Shown piece by piece: positions 20,129-30,530 of a stretch of DNA of 64,000 bases. Made by a program: the position numbers and the translations under genes. Below the pieces are notes generated by a model, which searched no databases, was not told the DNA's origin, and saw only the letters and a program-made list of their open reading frames with translations. Origin of the DNA: Promethearchaeota archaeon (GTDB lineage: Archaea; Asgardarchaeota; Lokiarchaeia; Sigyniarchaeales; SOKP01); the NCBI GenBank assembly GCA_019057865.1, contig JAHLWP010000001.1, positions 128,001 to 192,000 on the forward strand, written 5' to 3'. Every line of letters begins with the position of its first letter. Position 1 is the stretch's first letter.

Positions 20129-21472
20129 ATGCTAGTTAAAAAAAATAACTCAAAGATAATAAGCCCAATGATATCAAGGCTTCAAGGTGAAATTAAAGTT
20201 AATAAGAAAGAAGCAGTATTAAAATTCTGGAAAGAGATTGAAAAAATAGGGACACCTATCTTTGAAGAAATTGAAGGAGATGATAAGGATAACCTCATCA
20301 CTCTTCTGGTTAGGGAAGATGAAGAGGTAGAAAATATTATTTGTTATGATATATTTGTAAATGAAGATATAAAAGAGGGGTTACTTGAAAGAATTGAAGA
20401 TACAAACGTATATTTCAAATCATATAAAATTCTCAAAGGTGTGCGAGAAACATATAGTTTAAGCAAAAACGTTCCGCTTGAACCAAAAGATCCTATCGAA
20501 AATTTAGTTAAGTATAAAGATTTGGTTTTTTCAGACCCTTTTAACTCCAAAGAAACCTTATGGTTCTCCTTACCATACCCGTTCTCCACAAAAGGAGAGA
20601 AAATTCGTATCCCATGTAATGTACTTGAATCTCCTGATGCTCTTCCCCAACCTTGGTATGGTGAAAGAACCAATATTGATCATGGTAAAGTAGAAGAATT
20701 TACATCTTACAGTGAAATATTAAATGATAAACGCAATATTTTAGTTTATTCTCCTCCAAATTACAATAAGAATCATTCTCCTTATCATTTTCTTTTATTA
20801 TTTGATGGAATTATCTTTGAAGAATTAGCTAAAGTATCCTCTACTCTTGACAATCTCATTGCGGATGAAAAAATTCCACCTATTATTGCTATTATGGTAC
20901 AAAATTTTATGAATATAGATCTTACTCATAGAGCTAGGGAATTACCTCCTAACCCAAAATTTGTGAAATATATCATTAAAGAATTGTTGCCATGGGGTCA
21001 TGAAAATTTTAATATCACTACAAATCCAATTCAATCTGTTGTTGCTGGAGCTAGTTATGGAGGGATTGCATCTGCATTTATCGCATTTAAACATCCAGAG
21101 ATCTTTGGTAATGTTTTATCCATGTCAGGAGGGTATTTTTGGTATCCAGGATCTGAAATTTGGCTAAAAAGGATTAAAGATTTTAAAAATTTCGAGCACT
21201 GGTGGTCAAAAGAGGATGAAAAAGAGGGAGAATGGCTCGCCCGTCAATTTGCTCAAAGCGAAAGATTACCCTTAAAATTTTATCTTGATGTAGGCATACT
21301 TGAGGAAACCGATCCTACACAATTGTTTATTTCAAACCGTCATTTTCGTACTGTTTTACAAGCTAAAGAATATCCCATTCATTATGTGGAATTTCTAGGC
21401 GGTCATGATTTTGTTTGTTGGCGAGGTTCAATCGCGGATGGGCTCATTTACCTTATAGGAAAAAAGAAATAA
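20129..21472 (+). CDS. Enterochelin-esterase (Fes)-like alpha/beta hydrolase
   Basis: GASYGG nucleophile elbow, DVGILE, GGHD..CWRG. Confidence 0.87.
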   Translation: MLVKKNNSKIISPMISRLQGEIKVNKKEAVLKFWKEIEKIGTPIFEEIEGDDKDNLITLLVREDEEVENIICYDIFVNEDIKEGLLERIEDTNVYFKSYKILKGVRETYSLSKNVPLEPKDPIENLVKYKDLVFSDPFNSKETLWFSLPYPFSTKGEKIRIPCNVLESPDALPQPWYGERTNIDHGKVEEFTSYSEILNDKRNILVYSPPNYNKNHSPYHFLLLFDGIIFEELAKVSSTLDNLIADEKIPPIIAIMVQNFMNIDLTHRARELPPNPKFVKYIIKELLPWGHENFNITTNPIQSVVAGASYGGIASAFIAFKHPEIFGNVLSMSGGYFWYPGSEIWLKRIKDFKNFEHWWSKEDEKEGEWLARQFAQSERLPLKFYLDVGILEETDPTQLFISNRHFRTVLQAKEYPIHYVEFLGGHDFVCWRGSIADGLIYLIGKKK

Positions 21473-21560
21473 TAAGAAAAAATTAATACTTTAAAACGAC
21501 TGCATAAATACACGAAGAGAAAAACTCTTATATAATTAAAAAAAAGGAAAAAGAAAAAAA

Positions 21561-22067
21561 TTATTGAACTTCAATTTGCATGAAGTTAGATTTAAATCCT
21601 TTACCACAGTTTATACAGTAAACAAATCCTTTCTCATGTAATTGTTGAGCCATTGCTTGTGAAAATTCATTTCCGCATTCAGTACAAAAAGCTGCGTCAT
21701 GATCGACAAATTGCACAACTTTTTGAGGTTGTAGTTGAGGTACCTGTTGAACTGGTTTCTGCATTACTTCAACTCCTTGTTGTTCCTGTATATTAGCATT
21801 AGGTTTTTCCTTTCCAGAAATGGCATAATATAATGCTTCACAGAGCTTATAAAAGAGAAGCCCTATACCTTTTAAGAGATAATAAATCCCTTTAAGGAGG
21901 TAATATATTAAATAGGCAACTCCTTTTATTACATAATAAGCTATGACTACAGCAAGTGCTAAAACAGCAATAACACCTATTAATACTAAGATTTGACCAT
22001 ATAATGGTTGTACTAAGAACCAATCGACAATCTCTTGCAAAGGGACACCAAAAATATTAACATCCAT
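21561..22067 (-). CDS. Membrane protein with C-terminal zinc ribbon
   Basis: Hydrophobic N-half with Y-rich amphipathic repeats, Q-rich linker, CTECG...CINCG. Confidence 0.7.
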   Translation of the reverse strand: MDVNIFGVPLQEIVDWFLVQPLYGQILVLIGVIAVLALAVVIAYYVIKGVAYLIYYLLKGIYYLLKGIGLLFYKLCEALYYAISGKEKPNANIQEQQGVEVMQKPVQQVPQLQPQKVVQFVDHDAAFCTECGNEFSQAMAQQLHEKGFVYCINCGKGFKSNFMQIEVQ

Positions 22068-22224
22068 TCTTTATCACTCCATATTTTCAATTTATTTTTA
22101 CTTAATTAGAAAGTGTAAAAAATGAATTAAAAAAAATTCGGAGTCCAATTTTTAGAAATAGTAATCCCAATATCTTTCTAAAAATAAAGTTAAATTATTA
22201 AAAATCTTGATAAATAAGATTATT

Positions 22225-23625
22225 TTAACTAGTAAAATTAGAGGTTAAATGCTGATTAAATTCATACATCATTTTAAAAGCTTTAATTGCATGTTTTATA
22301 CGTGTCATAATTGGAATTTTTATTTCTGATTGGGGAGAAAGCGCTGTTTTTTTAAGAAATTCAAATGTCCATCGAGAACCAAAGCACACACAAATTATTG
22401 GTTTATTATACTCCTTAGAAAGTTGTTTCATGTGATCAAAAAATAGTGCTGCTGAAATATTGAACATTTGTAGTGGCCAACGAGGTACTGAAAATATGAA
22501 CAGAACACTATGTACGTTTTCATCTTTAAAAACAGCATTAAGTGAAGGTATCAAAGTCTGAAATAAAGAAGGTCCTAAATCAATTGTGGCATTTATCGAA
22601 ACCCAGTTTGGGATCACTTTTTTAATTTGATTAATAGTATCTTTACTTAAATTTGCTAAAGTTAAGCCCTGTTTTTCAATCTCATCACAGGCTAAAGCTC
22701 CCAGACTTCCTGAACCTGTGATTATAGCGACATTTTTTCCTTTCGGTAGTGGTTGTGTGGCAAAAACTTGAGCAATATTGAACATTTCATAAAAATTGCT
22801 AACTCGAAAAACTGTTGGAAATTGTTTAAAAATTCCATCATATATTTGATCATTTCCAGCCAAAGAACCAGTATGACTTTTAACGGCATTTGAGCCTATT
22901 TCACTTCTCCCATTTTTTAGAATTAAAATCGGTTTTTCTGACTTTTTAAGAGTATTCATTAGAGCTTTACCTCGTTTTGTGCCTTCAAGATAAAGTGTGA
23001 TGACTTTAGTTTCAGGGTCTTCATTTAGATATTCTAACATATCAACTTCATCAACATCAACTTTATTTCCAATCGTAATTGCTTTAGACAAACCAATTCC
23101 TTGATCAGTTGCCCAATCAATAAAAATGTTTCCTAATACTCCCGATTGTGCCACAATAGATACGCTACCTTTTATTGCTTGGTCAAATGCCATATCAGCA
23201 GTCGTAAATTCATTATAGAAATTTGTAACTCCTATACAATTTGGTCCTATAACTCTAATTTGTGATTCTTTTGCTAATTTTGTTATTTCATTTTGTATAG
23301 TAATATATTTTTCTATTCCTGTCTCAGCAAACCCTGCAGATTCTATAATTATCCCTTTAACTCCTTTTTCTATGCAATCTTTTACAGATTCTAAGACATA
23401 ATCATTTCCTATTAATATAATTGCTAGATCTATCTCATCAGGAATATCTTTAATATTCTTATAAGCTTTATGCCCGAGAATTTCATCTTTTTTTATATTG
23501 ACTGGATATGTCTTGAATTTTGAGTTTAATAAATAATTTGTAGTTGCATAGCCAAATCTAAATTGATCTGAAGCTCCAATTATCGCTACTGTTTTAGGTT
23601 CAAAAAAAACGTTAAGTTCTTTCAT
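22225..23625 (-). CDS. ADP-forming acyl-CoA synthetase, alpha subunit
   Basis: FFEPKTVAIIGAS, GPNCIG, QSG, GNKVDVDE, SHTGSLAG (phospho-His). Confidence 0.9.
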   Translation of the reverse strand: MKELNVFFEPKTVAIIGASDQFRFGYATTNYLLNSKFKTYPVNIKKDEILGHKAYKNIKDIPDEIDLAIILIGNDYVLESVKDCIEKGVKGIIIESAGFAETGIEKYITIQNEITKLAKESQIRVIGPNCIGVTNFYNEFTTADMAFDQAIKGSVSIVAQSGVLGNIFIDWATDQGIGLSKAITIGNKVDVDEVDMLEYLNEDPETKVITLYLEGTKRGKALMNTLKKSEKPILILKNGRSEIGSNAVKSHTGSLAGNDQIYDGIFKQFPTVFRVSNFYEMFNIAQVFATQPLPKGKNVAIITGSGSLGALACDEIEKQGLTLANLSKDTINQIKKVIPNWVSINATIDLGPSLFQTLIPSLNAVFKDENVHSVLFIFSVPRWPLQMFNISAALFFDHMKQLSKEYNKPIICVCFGSRWTFEFLKKTALSPQSEIKIPIMTRIKHAIKAFKMMYEFNQHLTSNFTS

Positions 23626-23912
23626 ATTAATGTTTGGTTGATGATATTAAATAAAAAAAAGATACATAATAACATTGTTCATTGAAATTAAAGATTAAGA
23701 TTATTTAATCAGAATAGAATAATAAATTCTAAAGAAATATGATAAGTAAAAGATTATGAAATTTTGTCAGTTTTGAGAATAAATTTTTAATATGAAGATC
23801 TTATTAATTTTTAATATAAATGAAAATTTTACTTTTAAAGGCAAATTCGTTATATTAATTTGATTTATTTAATCTAAACAATTATAGAACAAATCCTTAA
23901 AATCCTTATATA

Positions 23913-25067
23913 ATGTATTTAGGCGGATTAGTTAGAAAAGAATTTGGTAGAATTAGATCAGATAAAAGGACATTATTTTTGTTGTTTGTAATTCCTATAA
24001 TATTAATTGTTGTATTTGGTCTAACTACCGGAGTAGGCCTTACAAAATTTTTTACATCTGCTATTATAACCTGTGATGATATGCCAACATATGACGATTT
24101 TCCTAATAATTCCTCTAAATATGATGATACTTTTATATCGATAATGCAATATAATACCTCATCTTGGGACCTTTATAGATATTATAATGCAACCAATTCA
24201 GAAGAATATGATAATGCATATCATAATTGTTATAACTTCCTAAAAAATGGCGATATAGACATAATTATAATTCTACCAGCAAATTTTTCAGAATCAGTTG
24301 AAAATAAAATTAATCCAGTTCTAATTTATTATATTGATGGATCTGATCTCGCAGCAATAATTGCAATTGAAGTTGCCATTCAAGAACCTATTGCTTTATT
24401 TAGGGCAGAAACAGATATGATTGCCAACTTTACGATTATGGTGCCCTATCTAGAATTTGATGTTCCATTTTGGGAATCAGCAATTTTAAATTACGCAATC
24501 CCAATAATTTTACCCATTATAATTCTTGGAACTACCATGAACTTAACCTCGCTCTCAATTGTTGCTGAGGGTCCACTTCCACGAATGCTTGTAACTCCAA
24601 CAGCTAAGAGAGAGATAATCCTGAGTAAATTAATTGCGAATGCGGCTATTATGTTGCTTCAATCAACTGAGATTTTTATTATGATATCATTCTTTGGATT
24701 ATATAGTTTAGGTTCCTTATTTTATTTCTTTTTAGTTCTAATTATGATTGGTTTTTGCGGTATTTGTATTGGGTTATTTATTTCAACTTTAAGCCCAACA
24801 GAGCAAAGTGCAAATCAAATGTACATAATTATGTTTATAGTGATAATTCTTTTTTCTGGAAGTATCCTTCCTTTAAATGCTGATTTGCAAGGGGTACAAA
24901 TTTTTATAAATTTACTCCCGTTATCAAATGCTGTTCCACTGATAACCGATATAACATTAAAAGGATTATTTCCAAATTTAGAAAATCTTTTTTGGCTTAA
25001 TTTAAGTTCTTTGATTTACATTATATTAGCTTATATCATCTACATGTTTAAGAAATTAGAGGTGTAA
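23913..25067 (+). CDS. ABC-2 type transporter permease
   Basis: KEF..I..DKRTL, large extracellular loop, RMLVTP...EIILSK, FSG.I.P. Confidence 0.9.
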   Translation: MYLGGLVRKEFGRIRSDKRTLFLLFVIPIILIVVFGLTTGVGLTKFFTSAIITCDDMPTYDDFPNNSSKYDDTFISIMQYNTSSWDLYRYYNATNSEEYDNAYHNCYNFLKNGDIDIIIILPANFSESVENKINPVLIYYIDGSDLAAIIAIEVAIQEPIALFRAETDMIANFTIMVPYLEFDVPFWESAILNYAIPIILPIIILGTTMNLTSLSIVAEGPLPRMLVTPTAKREIILSKLIANAAIMLLQSTEIFIMISFFGLYSLGSLFYFFLVLIMIGFCGICIGLFISTLSPTEQSANQMYIIMFIVIILFSGSILPLNADLQGVQIFINLLPLSNAVPLITDITLKGLFPNLENLFWLNLSSLIYIILAYIIYMFKKLEV

Positions 25068-25068
25068 T

Positions 25069-26304
25069 ATGATGATGTTTAAGAAGAAATCTTTACGATT
25101 AAATTTCAAAAAATTCATTACTGAAATTACAAATTTAAAAATGAGTATTCTTAGAATCGTAAAACAAGTTAAAAAAGAATTTCAACTTTTGTGGGCTGAT
25201 AAATTCAATATAATATTAGCTATAGTGATGCCTCCTTTAATAATAGTTATGTTAGGTTTTACAATGACCGATGATTCAAATCAAATACAATCTATTCCCT
25301 GTATGGTAGTCTCATATGATTCTAATACATTTATTAATGAAAATGATCTTGTAGAGTCAAAATTAGATCACTATGCAATACCCTATTTAAATGCTGTGAA
25401 TAAATCAAATTTACTTGATTTAGTTCGGTTTTATAATGCAACAGAAGAAATTTATGCTATGGAACAAGCAAGAAATGCTTTAATATCTGGATCCATTAAA
25501 GTTATTTTATCATTACCTGTTGGTTTTTCTGAAATGTTAGAATGGGGCTTTCCCGGATTAATCGATTGTATTCTTGATGCCTCAAATATTCTATATATTC
25601 AACAGAGCCTAAATGCTGTTTATGATTCAATTAAAATATTTATAAATGATAATAATCTAACTCCTCAATTTGAGGTCCAGGGATTTGAAGAATTTACTAT
25701 TCCGGAGGGTTATAGCAGTTCATTCAATTCTAGTATAGTTATGGCTCTATCTTTTATGGTTTTTGGTATAGCATTTGTGTTATCTATTTTAGTAATCGTT
25801 CAAGAGAAACCAATCGCACGACTTTTACTTACTCCTCTAAAAAGATCAGAAATTCTAATATCAAAATATATAGCATATATGCTAGTATTATTACTTCAAG
25901 TCGCTTTATTGGTAACTACCAGTTTATCTATGGGCTTATATCTGGCTGGTAGCATATTAGATTTCTTTATAGCATTGTTCATCATTGGATTTTCTGGATT
26001 AGCACTGGGTGTTTTTATTAGCTCACAGAGTAAGACAAAAACACAGGCTAATCAATTATTTCTCGCTTTTTATCTTGTTATAATCTTATTAAGTGGTATA
26101 TTCATTCCTATTGAAAATATGCCTTCCTTTTTACAATTTTTTGCATATATTCTACCTTTATCTCATGGAGATCCTTTGATTAGGGGAATTATTACAAAAG
26201 GTCAGCATATATTTGGAATACATTTCTTTTGGTTATTTATAATTAGTCTAATATTAATAATAATTTCTTTTTTAATCTTCAGAAGAAGAAAATATGAGGT
26301 GTAA
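25069..26304 (+). CDS. ABC-2 type transporter permease
   Basis: Paralog of the previous gene; RLLLTPLKRSEILISK, LSGIFIPIENMP. Confidence 0.9.
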   Translation: MMMFKKKSLRLNFKKFITEITNLKMSILRIVKQVKKEFQLLWADKFNIILAIVMPPLIIVMLGFTMTDDSNQIQSIPCMVVSYDSNTFINENDLVESKLDHYAIPYLNAVNKSNLLDLVRFYNATEEIYAMEQARNALISGSIKVILSLPVGFSEMLEWGFPGLIDCILDASNILYIQQSLNAVYDSIKIFINDNNLTPQFEVQGFEEFTIPEGYSSSFNSSIVMALSFMVFGIAFVLSILVIVQEKPIARLLLTPLKRSEILISKYIAYMLVLLLQVALLVTTSLSMGLYLAGSILDFFIALFIIGFSGLALGVFISSQSKTKTQANQLFLAFYLVIILLSGIFIPIENMPSFLQFFAYILPLSHGDPLIRGIITKGQHIFGIHFFWLFIISLILIIISFLIFRRRKYEV

Positions 26305-26316
26305 AAAATAAATTCA

Positions 26317-27327
26317 TTGAAATCAAAGAAAACAATGGTGAATGTCAACGATTTAAATGTAAAATTTGGTGAAAACCATGTTATTCATGATGTTAACTTT
26401 GATGTAAATCAGGGAGAGATCATTGGATTATTCGGAATCTCAGGAGCAGGAAAGACAACGATAGTTAGAGTATTAACATGTCAAATCGAAAAAAAGCATT
26501 GGACTGGTAATGTGAAGGTAACTGATTTATCTCCAGCAAAGAAAACTAATCATTCATTAATATTAACTAATATTGGTTATGTACCTCAATTAGAATTACT
26601 AAATTTATATTTTGATTTAAGTCCAATTGATAATGTTGAAGTTTTTACTTCTACTTATGGCAAGAATAAAAAAGAAGCAATAAAGATTGCCAAAAGTTTA
26701 TTTAAGATTCTTGATCTCCCTGAAGATACATGGAATAAGCGAGTTAAACACATGAGCGGAGGTGAAAAGAAACGTCTTTCAATGGCAATTGGACTAATTC
26801 ATAGGCCAAGTGTTTTATTCCTTGATGAACCAACTACAGGTGTAGATGCAAGTAAACGATACGATATTCTAACTTACTTAAAAAAATTAAACCAAACATT
26901 GAATACTACTATGTTTATTATAACTCATGATCTTGAAACAGCATTGATATGTGATAAAGCTGCGATTTTAAGGGAAGGAAAATTATTAGAGTTTGATACA
27001 CCTCAAAAGTTAATATCATCATTACCGAGTAAAGGATTAGTCGCAAGATTTACTGTTGAACATTTAAATGAAAAATTAATTGAATATGTAAAAAAATTTT
27101 CAGCAATTAAGACATTATTAAGGGTTGGAAATGAAGAAATTGAAGTTCTAATGGATGATTTTGAGGAAAATCTACCAAAATTAATTCAATATATGATTGA
27201 TAATAATATAAAAATTAATTCAATGAGTAAAGATATTGCTTCTTTTAGGAGATATTTTCAAATGAGGATTCAAGAGGAGGAAGAAAAAGAAAAAAATTTA
27301 AAGACAGTGAAGGTGATTAAAAAATAA
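26317..27327 (+). CDS. ABC transporter ATP-binding protein
   Basis: GISGAGKTT, MSGGEKKR, FLDEPTTGVD, ITHD. Confidence 0.95.
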   Translation: MKSKKTMVNVNDLNVKFGENHVIHDVNFDVNQGEIIGLFGISGAGKTTIVRVLTCQIEKKHWTGNVKVTDLSPAKKTNHSLILTNIGYVPQLELLNLYFDLSPIDNVEVFTSTYGKNKKEAIKIAKSLFKILDLPEDTWNKRVKHMSGGEKKRLSMAIGLIHRPSVLFLDEPTTGVDASKRYDILTYLKKLNQTLNTTMFIITHDLETALICDKAAILREGKLLEFDTPQKLISSLPSKGLVARFTVEHLNEKLIEYVKKFSAIKTLLRVGNEEIEVLMDDFEENLPKLIQYMIDNNIKINSMSKDIASFRRYFQMRIQEEEEKEKNLKTVKVIKK

Positions 27328-27356
27328 TCAATTTAAGTCGTAAAAGCAAGCGAACG

Positions 27357-30300
27357 TTGAAAAATTTATTATTATTGAGCATTCTTGTTGTTGTTACTAG
27401 TATTTCTTTAGTTCTAGTGAATATTCGTTATATTTCATACATAGATGATGATGAGGTTCAATTCATTAAAGACAATGCTGTTTTTTTTACATGGACTCAT
27501 CAAAATGAGCAGGGTTTATTTATCGAACCTAATTTAGATTCAAATTACAGAGCAATTGATTCAATAAATTTTTCTTTTGCTAGTATATTTTCTTCCAATT
27601 TGATAAATCCAAATAATATTTCAAATATATACATAAAACTGTATAAACCTAATATATTTTTTGATTACATATTTGAAAAACAAAACATAGACGGGTCATA
27701 TTCAGATGTAGCTGGACTTGGTAATATGATTTCCACATATCACGCTATAAAAACTCTAGAGATTGCAAATAAATCTTATTTAACTCGTAAAATACAACAA
27801 GGGGAGACAGACAATATTATAAATTATTTAAATGTTTCATCGAAAGATAATGGAGAAGGATTCATGGCATTACCCTTTCTAAATGAATCTGATATAATTT
27901 CTACATCATGTGCTATTGATTTAGCAAATATGCTAAATGCTGATTTTATTATTGATAATGATAACATCTCAAAATTCATCAATTCAACTTGGCTTGCTGG
28001 TAGTTACAAATTAACAGATAGTGTTTTAAGTATAGCAACAGCAGAAACAACGTATTATGGAATCAATGCATTTTTAGGATTGAATATGACATATACTGCT
28101 ATTGACCAAACAGCTATATGGGGATACTTTAATTCACTCTATAACCTCATAGATGGAGGATTTGCAAACATTTTAGGTGGATTTTCCGATGTCCAATCGA
28201 CATATTATGCCCTCTCCTCATTAAAAACACTAGGACTACCAAAACCTACATTTTTTAACGAAACAAAGACTTTATATTATATACTTAATTGTACAAACTC
28301 AGATGGAGGTTTTGGCTTACGTCCAGAGGGTAATTATAATTCAGGCTTTAAATCTGGATGGGCTGCAATAAAAGCAATCAATATTCTCAAACAAGACAAT
28401 TTAACGAATATTTCTGGTATTAATGATGCAATTTTAAGATATTATGATTGGCTGCATTTTTTTCAAGGTAAAAATTCTTTATTTGGTCGCACTACAATTG
28501 AAGCTAATTATTTTGGAGTTTTAGCCCTTTATAGTTATAATCCTAAAATTTTTTATGAATTAATTAATGAAGAAATCATTAATGAGGATATACTAAATAA
28601 TATTATATTATTCGTTAATCAATGTTATAATCAATATAATGGAGGATTTGCATCTAATCCTGGGGAAAATGCGACTCTTTTTGCAACTTATTGCGGATTG
28701 AATATCTATAAAATGCTTTATCCTTTTACTAATGAATGGCTTGATACATCTAAAATTAGAAATATAAGAAGTTATTTAGTTAATCTCCAAAATCCTGATG
28801 GTGGTTTTAGTATAGGTGGAGATGTCGAAATAATTTTATCTATGTTTGGACCATTGTATAAAATTTTCTTGTATTTAATTAATCCAAATATATCAACCGT
28901 TGAAAGCACATATTGGGCTTTAATTTCACTAAATATACTTGGCGGATTAAATGATATCGATTATAATAATCTTACTCATTGGATGAGATCATGTCAAAAT
29001 CCTGATGGTGGATTTTCGCTATATGTTGGATTTTATAGTGATGTAATATCAACATACTATGGACTTGAAGTATTTACTGAATTATTACATTCCGAACCAA
29101 TGTCTAAAATATCCGCAATCGAATTTCTAAAAAATGCACAAACTCCTGATGGTTCTTTTTCAGTTCTACCTGCCCTAGAGAGTTATTTATCCTTCCCATC
29201 AACATTTTTAGTAACTTATATTGGAGCAAAAGCTCTTTATGATTATAGGTTTCAACCAGAAAATATTGAAAATACTTTAAATTGGTTTATTCAATGCATT
29301 AGTTTAAATACTGGAGGAATTGGAGATAATCCTGGATTTGGAGGAGATTTAAGAAATATAGCTTATGGTATTATTATTGTGGATGAATTACAGTATGACC
29401 AGAGTTTTGATTCTAAACCTTGGAGTCAATTATTAACATATATTTTAATAGCAGAAATTGCTGGAATTGGTTTATTCATTTTGTTAAAATTATATCAAAG
29501 ACTTTCAATACCGCAAAGGATAAAATTAACATTGGGAATTGGAGGAAAACTTAACGTATCTTATTTACAAAAGTTTCCAGCCATTAATTGTGAAAACTTA
29601 AGTATTTATGCAGGAGGAAAATTAATTGTTGATTCTGTTTCTATGAATGTAAAACATGGTAAAATATTAGGAATTCTAGGAGAGAGTGGTGCTGGTAAAT
29701 CTACGTTCGTTAAAGGTTTACTTGGTATGAGAAAAATTACAGGATTTTGTCAAATTTATGGAATGGATATGAATAAAAGATCGTCAAGAAGAATTAGACC
29801 TATATATGGTTATGTGCCACAAGATTTAGGAAAAATTTATCATAATTTTACAACTTTGGAGAATTTATTATATTTTGGAAATCGTTATGGTCTTTCAGAA
29901 AAAGAAATCATTAGTAAATCTAAGAGAATTTTGCGTAGCCTAGAAATAGAAGATAAGATGAATGAATTAGTCAAAAACCTTTCTGGTGGGCAAAAAAGAC
30001 GTGTTAGCATTGCAATTGGGCTAATACATTCACCAACGTTTCTTATATTAGATGAGCCTACATCAGGTTTAGACCCAGTAATTAGAGAGAACATATGGTT
30101 AGTTTTAACCAAAATCAATGAGCAATTCAAAACTACATTAGTGGTGATTACTCACTATCCTGAAGAATCCCGATTTTGTAATCTTGTTGCAATATTTGGT
30201 AGAAAACGTGGAATGATAGATTTTGGACAACCAAAAAACCTTTTAGCTAGTTTACCTGGAAAAGGTAGATCAATTGAAATTACTTTTAGGGAGTCAAAAG

Positions 30301-30530
30301 AGAATGTAATTGCTAGACTTGAACTGATTGAAGGTATAGAAAAAGTTTTAGAAAATAAAGCAAACATCAAGTTTTCAATATTTTCTAATCTAAATATAGA
30401 TAAACTGATTGAAAAAATTGAAGTAGAAATGGGTAAGGATTCAATTCAAGAATTAAAACAAAGGGATTCTAAAATGGAACAATATTTTCGTTATAAAGCA
30501 ATGGAGGTGCCTAAAGTTGAAGAACTCTAG
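27357..30530 (+). CDS. Prenyltransferase/squalene-oxidase-repeat ectodomain, TM helix and ABC ATPase fusion
   Basis: N-terminal TM; repeated QNxDGGF...STYYA motifs; TM near aa 690-712; C-terminal GESGAGKST, LSGGQ, LDEP, ITH. Confidence 0.85.
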   Translation: MKNLLLLSILVVVTSISLVLVNIRYISYIDDDEVQFIKDNAVFFTWTHQNEQGLFIEPNLDSNYRAIDSINFSFASIFSSNLINPNNISNIYIKLYKPNIFFDYIFEKQNIDGSYSDVAGLGNMISTYHAIKTLEIANKSYLTRKIQQGETDNIINYLNVSSKDNGEGFMALPFLNESDIISTSCAIDLANMLNADFIIDNDNISKFINSTWLAGSYKLTDSVLSIATAETTYYGINAFLGLNMTYTAIDQTAIWGYFNSLYNLIDGGFANILGGFSDVQSTYYALSSLKTLGLPKPTFFNETKTLYYILNCTNSDGGFGLRPEGNYNSGFKSGWAAIKAINILKQDNLTNISGINDAILRYYDWLHFFQGKNSLFGRTTIEANYFGVLALYSYNPKIFYELINEEIINEDILNNIILFVNQCYNQYNGGFASNPGENATLFATYCGLNIYKMLYPFTNEWLDTSKIRNIRSYLVNLQNPDGGFSIGGDVEIILSMFGPLYKIFLYLINPNISTVESTYWALISLNILGGLNDIDYNNLTHWMRSCQNPDGGFSLYVGFYSDVISTYYGLEVFTELLHSEPMSKISAIEFLKNAQTPDGSFSVLPALESYLSFPSTFLVTYIGAKALYDYRFQPENIENTLNWFIQCISLNTGGIGDNPGFGGDLRNIAYGIIIVDELQYDQSFDSKPWSQLLTYILIAEIAGIGLFILLKLYQRLSIPQRIKLTLGIGGKLNVSYLQKFPAINCENLSIYAGGKLIVDSVSMNVKHGKILGILGESGAGKSTFVKGLLGMRKITGFCQIYGMDMNKRSSRRIRPIYGYVPQDLGKIYHNFTTLENLLYFGNRYGLSEKEIISKSKRILRSLEIEDKMNELVKNLSGGQKRRVSIAIGLIHSPTFLILDEPTSGLDPVIRENIWLVLTKINEQFKTTLVVITHYPEESRFCNLVAIFGRKRGMIDFGQPKNLLASLPGKGRSIEITFRESKENVIARLELIEGIEKVLENKANIKFSIFSNLNIDKLIEKIEVEMGKDSIQELKQRDSKMEQYFRYKAMEVPKVEEL

